This document shows positions 35,735-46,363 of a stretch of DNA of 64,000 bases, piece after piece. The DNA is taken from the NCBI GenBank assembly GCA_038117045.1, contig JAYOFE010000003.1, positions 1,450 through 65,449 of the forward strand, in the 5' to 3' direction. The number at the start of each line of letters is the position of its first letter. The first letter of the stretch is position 1. Under the pieces are notes generated by a model. That model did no database searches. It saw only the letters and a program-made list of their open reading frames with translations, and had not been told where the DNA came from. The translations under genes were made by a program, and so were the position numbers. The stretch comes from Alphaproteobacteria bacterium (GTDB lineage Bacteria > Pseudomonadota > Alphaproteobacteria > UBA6615).

Positions 35735-36508
35735 ATGTCCGCAACCGAAACCGTTGAAACCGGCGCCGCAGACGGCCCCACGATCCAGATCGAGAATCTG
35801 AACAAGTGGTATGGCTCCTTCCATGTGCTGCGCGACATCAACCTGGACGTCGCCCAGGGCGAACGCATCGTCATCTGCGGCCCGTCGGGCAGCGGCAAGT
35901 CGACCCTGATCCGCTGTATCAACCGGCTGGAGGAGCACCAGGAAGGCAAGATCATCGTCGACGGTGTGCGTCTGACCAACGACCTGAAGCAGATCGACGC
36001 GGTGCGCCGCGAGGTCGGGATGGTCTTTCAGTCCTTCAACCTGTTCCCGCACCTGACGGTGCTGGAGAACTGCACGCTGGCGCCGATCTGGGTCCGCAAG
36101 ACGCCGAAGGCCGAGGCCGAGGCGACCGCGATGGAATACCTGGAGCGGGTGAAGATTCCCGAGCAGGCCGAAAAGTTTCCCGGACAGCTTTCCGGCGGCC
36201 AGCAGCAGCGCGTCGCAATCGCCCGCTCGCTGTGCATGCGTCCGAAAATCATGCTGTTCGACGAGCCGACATCAGCGCTGGACCCGGAAATGATCAAGGA
36301 AGTGCTCGACGTGATGGTCGACCTGGCCGACACCGGTATGACCATGCTGGTGGTGACCCACGAGATGGGCTTCGCCTCACAGGTCGCGAACCGGGTGATC
36401 TTCATGGATGCCGGCCAGATCGTGGAACAGAACACGCCGGACGAGTTCTTCAACAACCCTCAGTCCGAACGGACCAAGCTCTTCCTCAGCCAGATCCTGA
36501 GCCACTAG
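35735..36508 (+). CDS. aapP: General L-amino acid ABC transporter ATP-binding protein
   Basis: [28 protein letters not shown]. Confidence 0.94.
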   Translation: MSATETVETGAADGPTIQIENLNKWYGSFHVLRDINLDVAQGERIVICGPSGSGKSTLIRCINRLEEHQEGKIIVDGVRLTNDLKQIDAVRREVGMVFQSFNLFPHLTVLENCTLAPIWVRKTPKAEAEATAMEYLERVKIPEQAEKFPGQLSGGQQQRVAIARSLCMRPKIMLFDEPTSALDPEMIKEVLDVMVDLADTGMTMLVVTHEMGFASQVANRVIFMDAGQIVEQNTPDEFFNNPQSERTKLFLSQILSH

Positions 36509-36528
36509 ACGGACAAATCTGTCACAAC

Positions 36529-36616
36529 CGTCATTGCGAGAAGCGCAGCGACGACGCAATCCAGTCGCAGTCACGGCATGTCTGGATTGCTTTGGCCTGA
36601 CGGCCCCGCAATGACG
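36529..36616. repeat. 88-bp palindromic REP/MITE-like element
   Basis: Outer IR CGTCATTGCG / CGCAATGACG and inner IR GCAATCCAG (36556-64) / CTGGATTGC (36582-90). Confidence 0.75.
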
Positions 36617-36655
36617 ATGCTATAGACGACCATCCCGTCTGAAACTCTTGGCGCA

Positions 36656-37585
36656 ATGCTCCAGACCTTCCTCGCCCTGGCCCCCGTCTTCCTGCTGATC
36701 GCCCTCGGCTGGTTTGCGCGCGCCACCTGGCTGCCCGAAGACAGCATGTGGCGGCCGATCGAGAAACTGGCCTACTACCTGCTGATCCCGGCCCTGGTAA
36801 TCCACGACCTGTATTCGGCCGATCTCGGCTCCCTGCCCTTCGCGCGCATGGCGATCGCCCTGCTCGGCGCCATCGCGATCATGACGGTACTTCTGCTGGT
36901 CCTTCGCCCGGTACTCTCGCCAATGCTGATCCGCCGCGACGAGAGCTTCACATCCGTCTTCCAGGGCTCGATCCGCGCCAACTTCTTCATCATCCTGGGC
37001 GCCGCCCCGGCGCTCCTCCCGGCGGACAGCGCGGCGTTGGTCATTGTGGCGGTCGCCTTCTTCACGGTAACGGTGAACATTCTCAGCGTGCTTGTGCTGG
37101 CCCGCTGGGGCAGCGAGGGCGAGGCCGACCTCGCCAGTCTCATAAAGAAGCTGCTCACCAACCCTTTCATCGTCGCAACGGCCATCGGCATCGGCGCCAA
37201 CCTGTCAGGACTCCAGGTGCCCCACGTGGTCGATGCAACGATTGCCATGCTCGCGGGCGCGGGTGTTCCCGCGGCCCTGCTCACAGCCGGTTCCGGCCTG
37301 CGGCTCGCCTCCATCGGCGAACACCTGCCGGGCATCCTTACGGCCAGTGTCGCGCGGCTGCTGGCGATGCCCGCCATTGCCTACGGACTCGGCTGGCTGC
37401 TGGGTCTGGAGGCATCGGTGCTGGCGATGCTGGTGTTGTTCCATGGCCAGCCCACCTCCACCTCGTCCTATGTGCTGGCGCGCCAGATGGGCGGCGACCA
37501 TGAACTGATGGCCGCAATCCTGACAACCCAGACCCTGCTGGCGATCGTGACGATCCCGGCGCTGCTGGCGTTCTTCGGGGGCTAG
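36656..37585 (+). CDS. AEC (auxin efflux carrier) family transporter
   Basis: APVFLLIALG, YYLLIPAL, NPF, PTSTSSYVLARQMGGD. Confidence 0.9.
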   Translation: MLQTFLALAPVFLLIALGWFARATWLPEDSMWRPIEKLAYYLLIPALVIHDLYSADLGSLPFARMAIALLGAIAIMTVLLLVLRPVLSPMLIRRDESFTSVFQGSIRANFFIILGAAPALLPADSAALVIVAVAFFTVTVNILSVLVLARWGSEGEADLASLIKKLLTNPFIVATAIGIGANLSGLQVPHVVDATIAMLAGAGVPAALLTAGSGLRLASIGEHLPGILTASVARLLAMPAIAYGLGWLLGLEASVLAMLVLFHGQPTSTSSYVLARQMGGDHELMAAILTTQTLLAIVTIPALLAFFGG

Positions 37586-38706
37586 GCGCTTCCCCAGACC
37601 TCCTCCGCGATCTCCACCAGCATGGCCAGCTTGGCTTTCTCATCGTCCTCGGTCAGGTCATTTCCGTGCACCGTCGACGAGAAGCCGCACTGAGGGCTGA
37701 TGGCGAGCTGCTCCATGGGCGCATATTGCGCTGCCTCGTCGATCCGGCGCTTGAGCGCATCCTTGTCTTCCAGCACGGCTGTCTTCGTCGTCATGATGCC
37801 GAGCACGACCGTCTTGCCCTTGGGCAGGAAGCGCAGCGGCGCGAAATCGCCCGAACGCTCGTTGTCGTACTCCATGAAAAACCCGTCGACCTCGAGCTCG
37901 TTGAACAGGATCTCCGCCACCGGCTCATAGCCGCCCTGCGCCACCCAGGCACTTCGGAAGTTGCCCCGGCACATGTGCACGGTGACGGCCAATTCGGCCG
38001 GCTTTCCGGCCATGGACGCATTCAGAAGCCGGCAATAGGTGCGCGGCAACTCATCCGGATCCTCTCCGATCGCCTTTGTGGCCTCTCGAATCTTGCCGTC
38101 GCACAGATAGGCGAAGTTGGTGTCATCGAACTGGAGGTAGCGCAGGCCCGCATCGGCCAGCGCTGTCACCTCGGCGTTGTAGGCGTCAGCGAGGTCCGCA
38201 TAGAAACCGTCGAGGTCGGGATAGACCTTTTCGTTGATGGCCTTCCGGCCGCCGCGGAAATGCAGCATCGAGGGCGAGGGAATGCACACCTTGGGTGTAC
38301 GGCCGGTCACCGACTTTAGGTATTCAAAGTCACGGAGCTGGATATCGCGGCTGTGGCGAAGTTTGGCCTCGACCGTCATGGTCGGCGGCGTCATGCCGAC
38401 CTCGGTGCCGTCGTCCTTCCGGAAATGCGAAACGAAGTTGCCCTCGGTGATCTTCACGCCGTCGATCTGCTCGAGGAAATCCAGGTGCCACATGAAACGG
38501 CGGAACTCCCCGTCAGTTATGCCTTGCAGGCCCGCATCTTCCTGCAGCTTCACCACCTCGGCGATGCATTCGTCCTCGATCCCGCGCAGTTCAGCCGCAT
38601 CGATCCTGCCCGCCGCTGCCTGCTCACGCGCATCCACAAGGCGCGCCGGGCGCAGCAGGCTACCCACCTGGTCCGCGCGAAACGGCGGTTTTCCATTCAG
38701 TGCCAT
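37582..38706 (-). CDS. Cobalamin-independent methionine synthase II family protein (single-barrel MetE-like)
   Basis: RADQVGSLLRP, TDGEFRR, HMCRGN, EYD, SPQCGFSS Zn ligands. Confidence 0.9.
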   Translation of the reverse strand: MALNGKPPFRADQVGSLLRPARLVDAREQAAAGRIDAAELRGIEDECIAEVVKLQEDAGLQGITDGEFRRFMWHLDFLEQIDGVKITEGNFVSHFRKDDGTEVGMTPPTMTVEAKLRHSRDIQLRDFEYLKSVTGRTPKVCIPSPSMLHFRGGRKAINEKVYPDLDGFYADLADAYNAEVTALADAGLRYLQFDDTNFAYLCDGKIREATKAIGEDPDELPRTYCRLLNASMAGKPAELAVTVHMCRGNFRSAWVAQGGYEPVAEILFNELEVDGFFMEYDNERSGDFAPLRFLPKGKTVVLGIMTTKTAVLEDKDALKRRIDEAAQYAPMEQLAISPQCGFSSTVHGNDLTEDDEKAKLAMLVEIAEEVWGSA

Positions 38707-38825
38707 GCCGGTTCCTCCCCTGTCCGCCCATTATGCCCGCGCGCCGGCTTTCCGGGCCATGGGCCGTTTGGCGGACAGCCGGGTGAAAGCTACACTCTCC
38801 AGACACAAGGGGGAGAATCACGATC

Positions 38826-39272
38826 ATGCTGAACGTCCAGACCATCGACCATATCGGCATTCGCGTGGCGGATCTGGACCGCGCGATGGATTTCTACGGC
38901 CTGTTCGGCTTCGCGATCGAGCACAAGGCCGACAACGACCCGGTCGCCGTGGTAAAAAACGCCCAGGGCGTGGAGCTCAACCTCGTCTTCAACAGCGGTG
39001 ACGACAACGGCGGCGACAACATCCTGATGGATATCCCGACGAAGTACCCGGGCTTCACCCATGTAGCTTTTCGGGTGGATTCGATCCTGGCGACCGTGAA
39101 GACCCTGAACGAGAATGCGATCACCATCACCCAGGGACCGGTGAAGTTTGGCCGCGACGGACATGTGTCGGTCTTCGTGCGTGACCCGGACCGCAATGTC
39201 ATCGAGTTCCGGGGTCGCGAGGAAGACCTGTCCGAGATCGGCGGTGTCGAGAAATACGAAAACGAGAACTAG
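38826..39272 (+). CDS. VOC/glyoxalase family protein
   Basis: DHIGIRVADL, THVAFRV, VRDPDRNVIEF. Confidence 0.9.
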   Translation: MLNVQTIDHIGIRVADLDRAMDFYGLFGFAIEHKADNDPVAVVKNAQGVELNLVFNSGDDNGGDNILMDIPTKYPGFTHVAFRVDSILATVKTLNENAITITQGPVKFGRDGHVSVFVRDPDRNVIEFRGREEDLSEIGGVEKYENEN

Positions 39273-39283
39273 GACGTAGAGCC

Positions 39284-39976
39284 ATGCAACTGATCGACCT
39301 GAGCGGCGAAATCTTCCACAAGTGCCCGACCCTGCCGAATCACCCCCCGGCGGTGATCACCGACTGGAACACCCACGACACCTATCGCGAGGCAGACGGG
39401 GTGAAGTTCTCCATCGCGTCCAAGTACATGTCCTTCGGTGAGCACACGGGCAGCCATGTGGACGCGCCGGTGCATTTCGATGCCGACCCGAATGCGAAAT
39501 CCGTGGACCAGATGCCGCTGGAGGACTTCTACACCCACGCCGTCTGTCTCGACCTGTCACATGTGGAACTGAAAAGCCGCATCGGGATCGATGAGCTTGA
39601 GGCCGCCGAGAAGGCCGCGGGGATCGAAATCCAGCCGCGCGACACAGTGCTGCTCTACATGGCCCATTACGACCGGACTTTCGGCACTCCGGAGTTTATG
39701 ACGGACTTCCCAGGTCTGACCAAGGAATCCGCCGAGTGGCTCGGCCAAAAGAAGATCGTGATGTTCGGTGTGGAGGCCGCCAGCCCGGGACGCCCCGGCA
39801 AGGACAATTTCGAGGTCCACCTCGTCTGCCGGGATATGGGTTTCACCCACATGGAAGGGCTCGCCAACCTCCATCAGGTAGTCGGCAAGGGCCGGTTCCG
39901 TTTCATCGCGTTCCCGCTGAAGATCCGTGGCGGTACGGGCAGCCCGATCCGCCCCGTGGCCGTGCTGGAGGACTGA
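39284..39976 (+). CDS. Cyclase/kynurenine formamidase family metal hydrolase
   Basis: HTGSHVDAP, MEGLANL, PLKIRGGTGSPIR. Confidence 0.9.
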   Translation: MQLIDLSGEIFHKCPTLPNHPPAVITDWNTHDTYREADGVKFSIASKYMSFGEHTGSHVDAPVHFDADPNAKSVDQMPLEDFYTHAVCLDLSHVELKSRIGIDELEAAEKAAGIEIQPRDTVLLYMAHYDRTFGTPEFMTDFPGLTKESAEWLGQKKIVMFGVEAASPGRPGKDNFEVHLVCRDMGFTHMEGLANLHQVVGKGRFRFIAFPLKIRGGTGSPIRPVAVLED

Positions 39977-39979
39977 TCC

Positions 39980-40735
39980 TCAGACTGCCATCAGGCCGCC
40001 GTCGACGGCGAGCACATGGCCGGTGACTGACTTCTGCTCCGGAGCTGACAGGAACAGCACCGCCGAGGCGATTTCCTCGGGGTCCGGGAAGCGGCCCAGA
40101 GGGATGCGCTGGAGCATGCCTTCACGTCGCGCTGGATCTTTCAGGATTTCCTGCCGGCTTTCCGTCAGGACCGTGGTGGGCGCCACCGCGTTCACACGGA
40201 TGCCGTGTTCGGCCCATTCGACCGCGTGCATGCGTGACATCTGGATCAGGCCACCCTTGGTGATGCCGTAGACCGAACGCCCAGCTAGGCCCGTCATGCC
40301 ATGGGTGGAGGCGATGTTGACGATGGCACCACCATGCCCGGCCTCTATGCAATGCCTGGCGAAGCAGCCTGACAGGAAGAAAGCGCCCTTCAGGTTCACA
40401 TCGACGACCGCATCCCACTCGGCCCAGGTGACATCCTCCGCCGCGCGGTGAAGCGGCACGCCCGCATTGTTGACCAGCACGTCGAGGCCGCCGAGTGAAT
40501 CGATCGCCGCGGCGCAGCCACTACGAATGCTGTCTTCGGAGCGCAGGTCCAGCGTGATGGCCGTTGCGTTGACGTTCGCCAGCGCGGTGTCGCTCATCAC
40601 CGGATCGAGCATGCCCGCGTCGATATCCGCAAGGGCGACGTCATAGCCGGCGCGTGCAAAAGTCAGTGCGGTCTCCCGGCCCAGGCCGGTCGAGGCGCCC
40701 GTAACGAGCGCCCGGCGGCTTACCCCCGCGCTCAT
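39980..40735 (-). CDS. SDR family oxidoreductase
   Basis: TGASTGLG, NNAG, YGITK. Confidence 0.92.
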   Translation of the reverse strand: MSAGVSRRALVTGASTGLGRETALTFARAGYDVALADIDAGMLDPVMSDTALANVNATAITLDLRSEDSIRSGCAAAIDSLGGLDVLVNNAGVPLHRAAEDVTWAEWDAVVDVNLKGAFFLSGCFARHCIEAGHGGAIVNIASTHGMTGLAGRSVYGITKGGLIQMSRMHAVEWAEHGIRVNAVAPTTVLTESRQEILKDPARREGMLQRIPLGRFPDPEEIASAVLFLSAPEQKSVTGHVLAVDGGLMAV

Positions 40736-41268
40736 GCGGAAACCAGGTCGCCAACCTCGTTGCGCTTGAGGCCGGATTGGGAGGCTGCGTCGGTGACGTT
40801 CTGGTGCCAGTCCACCCGGCCCGCATCCGGACCGCCGATGATGGTCAGCAACGTGCCTCGACCTTCGCTGACGTGACGGAAGCCGCGGTAGACGCCCTGG
40901 GGAATGCTAATGGAATCAAACGGCTGGAGCGTGATCGACTTCTCGCCCTCTTTCGTGTCCCAGTAGACCTCCCAGTCGCCGATCAGCGGCATGAAGACTT
41001 CTTCGGTCTCATGGGCGTGCAGAGCCGCACCGTTGCCCTTGTCGGCCTGGATCATGCCGAGGTTGAAGCCCTTGGCCGGCAGCGGGATGTTGGGCGCCAG
41101 CTCCGGCTTGTCCGTTGCCTCAACCACACCCATGCCCACGATGTTGATCTTGAAACGGCGATGTCCGGGGAGGCGGCTGTCGACGAAAGCTTCTTCGGAC
41201 CCGGTCAGTTCGGAAAAACGAGCGACAAACTTCTCCATCTCGGAAACAGAGACGTTGTTGATATCCAT
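40732..41268 (-). CDS. Cupin domain protein
   Basis: GAALHAHETEEVF and DSISIPQGVYRGF; overlaps the SDR start by 4 bp. Confidence 0.85.
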   Translation of the reverse strand: MDINNVSVSEMEKFVARFSELTGSEEAFVDSRLPGHRRFKINIVGMGVVEATDKPELAPNIPLPAKGFNLGMIQADKGNGAALHAHETEEVFMPLIGDWEVYWDTKEGEKSITLQPFDSISIPQGVYRGFRHVSEGRGTLLTIIGGPDAGRVDWHQNVTDAASQSGLKRNEVGDLVSA

Positions 41269-41294
41269 AAAACTTTTCCCTTTTACCTGGCGGA

Positions 41295-42233
41295 CTAGCC
41301 AGCCGCCACCCGGTGGTCATGCACGGCGAGGCCCGCACGCGCAGCCAGCAGAATCGGCGTGTGCCGCCCGATGGACTGCGCCCGGTCTACCATGTCTCCG
41401 ATGATATGTGACCCCTCGGTCGGGCGGTTCGCTTGGACATCCCGCAACATCGAGGATGCGAACTTCGAGCCCTGGGTCGTGAACATGCGCTCATAGGTCT
41501 CGATCGTCTTCTGGCTCACCGGATGGCCCAGCGCGCCGGCCGTATCGCGGCATTCGGCCAACGCGGCGAACAGGAAATCCTTGCCCGACGGCGTATCGAG
41601 GATTTCGCCCACCGTGGCGCGGGCCAGCGTGTTCACCGACGACATGGCGCACAGCATGGCAAACTTGTCCCACATGGTGACCTCGATATCGTCGCGTGGA
41701 TCGACATCGAACTTGACCACATCGTTCAGCGCACCGAACGCCTTGACGCGGTCGGACATGGCGCCGTCAATCTCGCCATAGGCAATGCGATGGAAGTCGC
41801 CGAAGTGGACGATATCGCCCGTCTCCGTATCCACACGCGCACCGATATAGGTGGTGCCGCCCAACACCTTGTCGGCCCCGAAGCGGTCCTGCAGGACATC
41901 GATCTGCTTCATGCCGTTCAGAAGCGGAATGAAGGTCGTGTTGTCGCCCACCGCCGGTGCCAGGTCATCCATCGCCGCAGCCAGGTGATAGGCCTTGCAG
42001 GTCAGGATGATGAAGTCATAGGTGCGGTCGATCTCGCCGGCAGACACGGTCTGCACCTTGTCCACCTTCGCGTCGTCGAAATAATCGCTGCGGATAGTGA
42101 TCCCGTTGGCGTCCAGCTGCTCACGGCGCTTGCCGCGTACCAGGAACGTGGTGTCAACGCCGCCTTCGGTCAGGCGTGCGCCGAAATAGCCACCGACGCC
42201 GCCCGCGCCGAGAACCAGAACGCTGGGTGCCAT
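41295..42233 (-). CDS. 2-dehydropantoate 2-reductase (PanE/ApbA) family protein
   Basis: GAGGVG, CKAY, LNG, WDK, SSMLRD...TE. Confidence 0.9.
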   Translation of the reverse strand: MAPSVLVLGAGGVGGYFGARLTEGGVDTTFLVRGKRREQLDANGITIRSDYFDDAKVDKVQTVSAGEIDRTYDFIILTCKAYHLAAAMDDLAPAVGDNTTFIPLLNGMKQIDVLQDRFGADKVLGGTTYIGARVDTETGDIVHFGDFHRIAYGEIDGAMSDRVKAFGALNDVVKFDVDPRDDIEVTMWDKFAMLCAMSSVNTLARATVGEILDTPSGKDFLFAALAECRDTAGALGHPVSQKTIETYERMFTTQGSKFASSMLRDVQANRPTEGSHIIGDMVDRAQSIGRHTPILLAARAGLAVHDHRVAAG

Positions 42234-42240
42234 ACCGCGA

Positions 42241-43377
42241 CTACTCGGCCAGGCAGAGGGCGTGATCCGGCGGGAACGTCAGCCAGACTTGCTGGCCCGA
42301 AGCCAGGTTCTCGAAGTGATCGATCTGGATGCCAATTTCATGCGGCCCGACCTGGACGCGGCCTTCGAGGAAGCTCCCCAGGTAGATCGTGTCGATCACG
42401 TTGCCTTCCAGCAAATTCGTTCCGCCGGAGACATCGGGACGCGACAGGTGCAGTACCACGTCCTCCGGACGCAGGCTGACGAAGACCTGGTTGCCGGTCT
42501 GCGCGCCTTCGCCGCCGACGGCGCCGAGCCGCAACGGCTCCGTGCCCTGCCCCATGCCCACCTCGACCTGGCAAGTCTCGCCCTCTCGGCCAAGCAGCTT
42601 GCCCTGCAGCAGGCTGGTCACGCCGATAAAGTTCGCGACGAAGGAGTTCACCGGATTGGCGTAGATGTCCTGCGGATCGCCGATCTGCTGGATCACCGCC
42701 TTGTCCATCACCACCACACGGTCGCTCATCACCAGCGCTTCGGACTGGTCATGGGTCACGAAGATCGAGGTGATGCCCACTTCCTTCTGGAGGCGAACGA
42801 TCTCGTCGCGCATCTGCTCACGCAGCTTCGCGTCGAGGTTCGAGAGCGGCTCGTCGAACAGGATAACTTCGGGCTCGTAAACGATGGCACGGGCCAACGC
42901 GACGCGCTGGCGCTGGCCGCCGGAGAGCTTGGTCGCAAAACGGTCGGCGAGGTGATCCAGGCCCACAAGTTCAAGCGCACGGGTGGTCCTGGTCTTGATC
43001 TCGCTGCTCGATGCGCGGCGCACGCGCAGGCCGTAGGCCACGTTGTCGAAAACCGTCATGTGCGGCCAGACCGCATAGCTCTGGAACACCATGCCGATGT
43101 TGCGGTGTTCCGGGAACAGGTAGATGTCCTTCGCCGGCGCCACAACGGTGTTGTCGCCAATCCGGATCTCGCCCTCTTCCGGACGTTCCAGCCCGGCCAC
43201 GCAGCGCAGTGTCGTGGTCTTGCCGCAGCCCGACGGGCCGAGCAGGGTCACGAACTCGCCCGGGGCGATGTCGAGGTTGAAGTCATCCACCGCGGTCTCG
43301 GAACCGAAGTGCTTGTAAAGGTGCTCGATGGAGACCATCGGCTTGGAATTTGCGCTCATGGCTTCGTTCACGCTCAT
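42241..43377 (-). CDS. ABC transporter ATP-binding protein (FbpC/PotA-like)
   Basis: GPSGCGKTT, LSGGQRQR, FDEPLSNLD, C-terminal TOBE. Confidence 0.93.
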   Translation of the reverse strand: MSVNEAMSANSKPMVSIEHLYKHFGSETAVDDFNLDIAPGEFVTLLGPSGCGKTTTLRCVAGLERPEEGEIRIGDNTVVAPAKDIYLFPEHRNIGMVFQSYAVWPHMTVFDNVAYGLRVRRASSSEIKTRTTRALELVGLDHLADRFATKLSGGQRQRVALARAIVYEPEVILFDEPLSNLDAKLREQMRDEIVRLQKEVGITSIFVTHDQSEALVMSDRVVVMDKAVIQQIGDPQDIYANPVNSFVANFIGVTSLLQGKLLGREGETCQVEVGMGQGTEPLRLGAVGGEGAQTGNQVFVSLRPEDVVLHLSRPDVSGGTNLLEGNVIDTIYLGSFLEGRVQVGPHEIGIQIDHFENLASGQQVWLTFPPDHALCLAE

Positions 43378-44480
43378 GGCTGCACCGCCAGGGTGTGTTC
43401 AGGATCGAATTGCAGATGGACCTTCTCGCCGGCCTTGAGACGCGCGCGCGGATGGGCAATGACCTTCCACTCGAAATCGCCCCACTGGACGCGGCAATCG
43501 ACATAGCTGCCGAGGAAGATGGCGTGGGTCACTTCGCCTTCCAGCTTCACGCCGGCACCGTTCTCGCGCACCGCGTGGACATTCTCCGGCCGCACGGACA
43601 GTACGGCATCGTCGCCTGCACCGATGCCCGGCCCGATCATGCAGGGAACGGTGATCTTCTGACCGCCCTGCTCGACTTCCAACCGGCCTTTGCCGTCGGC
43701 GGCGTCGAGCACCTTGCCCTTCATCAAATTCGCAACGCCGATGAAGTTCGAGACGTATTCGTTGACCGGCTTGGAATAGATTTCCACCGGCCCGCCCCGC
43801 TGCTCGATCTTGCCCTTCGACATCACGATAATCTCGTCACTCATCACCAGCGCTTCCGACTGGTCATGGGTGACGTAGATCGAGGTGATACCCACCTCTG
43901 ACTGGATGCGCTTCAGTTCGACACGCATGGTCTCGCGCAGCTTCAGGTCGAGGTTCGATAACGGCTCATCGAAAAGCAGCAGCCGCGGATTGGACACGAT
44001 GGCTCGGGCCAGCGAGGCACGCTGCTGCTGGCCGCCCGACAGGTTGGTCGCCAGGCTGTTGGCCCAGTCGGTCAGGCCGACAAGCTTGAGCACGGCGGCA
44101 ACACGGTCGTCGATCTCGGAACGTTCGATGTTCCGGATCTCGAGCGGATAGGCAACGTTCTGGGCCACTGTCATATGCGGCCAAATTGCGTAGCTCTGGA
44201 AGACCATGCCGATGTCGCGCTTTTCCGGCGGCATGAACAGGCCTTCCTTCGGCGAGGTAAAGATCGCATCCCCAACCCGGATGCGCCCCCCGTCGATGGA
44301 GTGGAGACCGGCAATGCTCATCAGCGTCGTGGTCTTCCCACAGCCCGACGGCCCCAACAGGGTCAGGAACGAACCCTTTGGAATACCGAACGAAATATTG
44401 TCAACGGCCCGGTCATTGCCGAACCATTTGACGAGATTCTGGACCTCGAGATAGGCCCCGGACGTCTCGGCGGCACACAT
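43374..44480 (-). CDS. ABC transporter ATP-binding protein (FbpC/PotA-like), second paralogue
   Basis: [26 protein letters not shown]. Confidence 0.93.
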   Translation of the reverse strand: MCAAETSGAYLEVQNLVKWFGNDRAVDNISFGIPKGSFLTLLGPSGCGKTTTLMSIAGLHSIDGGRIRVGDAIFTSPKEGLFMPPEKRDIGMVFQSYAIWPHMTVAQNVAYPLEIRNIERSEIDDRVAAVLKLVGLTDWANSLATNLSGGQQQRASLARAIVSNPRLLLFDEPLSNLDLKLRETMRVELKRIQSEVGITSIYVTHDQSEALVMSDEIIVMSKGKIEQRGGPVEIYSKPVNEYVSNFIGVANLMKGKVLDAADGKGRLEVEQGGQKITVPCMIGPGIGAGDDAVLSVRPENVHAVRENGAGVKLEGEVTHAIFLGSYVDCRVQWGDFEWKVIAHPRARLKAGEKVHLQFDPEHTLAVQP

Positions 44481-44493
44481 ACGTCTCTCCCCC

Positions 44494-46245
44494 TTACGCC
44501 GTGAGTGCTTCGCGGCCGGCCACCCGCCGGAACGCGTAGATCGCGATAAGCAGCAGGACCGTCTGCGCCATGGACAGCGCGGAGGTCAGCGGCTCGTTCT
44601 CGAAGTTCGTCAGGTAGTACACGCCGACCGAGAGGGTCTCGGTGCCTGTCGTGAACAGGATGATCGAGATAGAGAGTTCGCGAAGGAAAATGATGAACAG
44701 CAGGATCCAGCCCGCGAAGATGCCCGGCTTGAGCAGCGGGATGGTGATCCGCCGCAGCGTGGTCAGCCACGACGCCCCGGCCATCCGCGAGGACTGGTCG
44801 AGCTCTTCGGAGATCGCCAGCATGATCGACGAGATGTTGCGCTGACCATACGGGAAGAAGCGGGTGATGTAGCCCAGCATCAGGATCCAGATCGTGGCGT
44901 AGATCGGCGTCTGGATGTAGGTGATCAGAACGCCCATCGCCAGCACAATGCCCGGGAAACCGATCGGAACGACCGACAGGAAGTCGAGCAGGCGCACGCC
45001 GAAGCCCTTGGTGCGGTGGATCATGTAGGAGATCACCAGCGCGAGGACCATGGCGATCGACGCGCCCACGAAGGACAGGAACAGCGAGTTCCCGATGCCG
45101 TTCGTCGCGGCGGAGATCGCCTCGGGGCGCCACCAGAACAGCGTCTTCACGTAGTTGATGGTGGTCATCTCGCCCCACTGAACCGCTCCGGTCCAGACCG
45201 GGTGCAAGCTCACGAGGATGAGGCAGATGATCGGCAGCACAACCGCCACCGCAATGAACAGCAGGTTGTAGGTGAACGCGACCCAGCGCCACGGACCGAG
45301 GTCAAGGACGTTGGGACGGAAGCCCTTGCCCGTCACCGTGGTGAAGGAGCGCGGTGCGATATAACGCTGCTGGATCCAGATCAGGATGACCGTGATCAGG
45401 CCCAGCGCCATGCTCATGGCGGCGCCGAGGTTGTGGTTGGCGTCGTCACCGACGGCCTTGGAGAAGATCTGCGTGGTCAGCGTTTCCCAGCCATAGGGCG
45501 CGGAGAGCTTGAACGGCACACCGAACTCACCGGCGCTGGTCACGAACACGATGATTGCCCCCGACAGGATGCCCGGCATCACCAGCGGCAGGGTCACCGT
45601 CATGGTGGTGCGCAGGAGGCCGGCACCTGTCGTACGCGCGGAGTCCTCGAGAGACGGGTCCATGCGGCGCAGGGAGCCGACCACGAACAGGTACACCAGC
45701 GGGGCGAAGAAGATGCCGGTCACCCAGATCACACCCCAGATGTTATCGACGTTGATGAACGCCCCCTCGACCCCGAAGATCGAGCGAATCCAGTTGTTCA
45801 GAAGGCCTGTCTGCGGCTCGCCCAGGTTGTGCCAGGCAATCGCGCCCACGAAGGGCGACAGGAAGAACGGGATCAGGTTGTAGGGCTCAAGATAATCGCG
45901 CCAGGGACAGTTGGTGCGCGCGTTGATCCAGGCCAGTGACACGCCCAGGAACGAGGCGAGTACGGTGGAGCCGGACGAGATGATCAGCGTGTTCACGAAC
46001 GCCTTGGGAATAATACGGTCCGTGAACATGATCTCGTAGTTGCCGAACCCCCAGGTGGTATCCCAGCCACTTGCGTCGAGAACTTTGAAAGACGACACAA
46101 ACAAGACAGCCAGCGGCACGATCACCGCGGCGGCGACGATCAGTGAGACCACCGCTGTGATGATGTTTTCCTGCGTCACCATCGCTCGCATACGATTTTC
46201 GAATGCGGAACGCTGTTGCGTCGGGGACAAGCTTTCCGTGGTCAT
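44494..46245 (-). CDS. ABC transporter fused double-domain permease (FbpB-like)
   Basis: Two EAA-loop-like segments (MDPSLEDSARTTGA; ISEELDQSSRMAGA), about 12 TM. Confidence 0.92.
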   Translation of the reverse strand: MTTESLSPTQQRSAFENRMRAMVTQENIITAVVSLIVAAAVIVPLAVLFVSSFKVLDASGWDTTWGFGNYEIMFTDRIIPKAFVNTLIISSGSTVLASFLGVSLAWINARTNCPWRDYLEPYNLIPFFLSPFVGAIAWHNLGEPQTGLLNNWIRSIFGVEGAFINVDNIWGVIWVTGIFFAPLVYLFVVGSLRRMDPSLEDSARTTGAGLLRTTMTVTLPLVMPGILSGAIIVFVTSAGEFGVPFKLSAPYGWETLTTQIFSKAVGDDANHNLGAAMSMALGLITVILIWIQQRYIAPRSFTTVTGKGFRPNVLDLGPWRWVAFTYNLLFIAVAVVLPIICLILVSLHPVWTGAVQWGEMTTINYVKTLFWWRPEAISAATNGIGNSLFLSFVGASIAMVLALVISYMIHRTKGFGVRLLDFLSVVPIGFPGIVLAMGVLITYIQTPIYATIWILMLGYITRFFPYGQRNISSIMLAISEELDQSSRMAGASWLTTLRRITIPLLKPGIFAGWILLFIIFLRELSISIILFTTGTETLSVGVYYLTNFENEPLTSALSMAQTVLLLIAIYAFRRVAGREALTA

Positions 46246-46363
46246 CGCGGACTCACCTGATTCTGTTGGCGGAACGCAATGTTCCGTCTGGGCGCGAATT
46301 ATTCTTAACAGCCGGGAGCATGGGCCAGCGCTAGTTCGATGGCTTGAAGCTACCTTCAGACAA

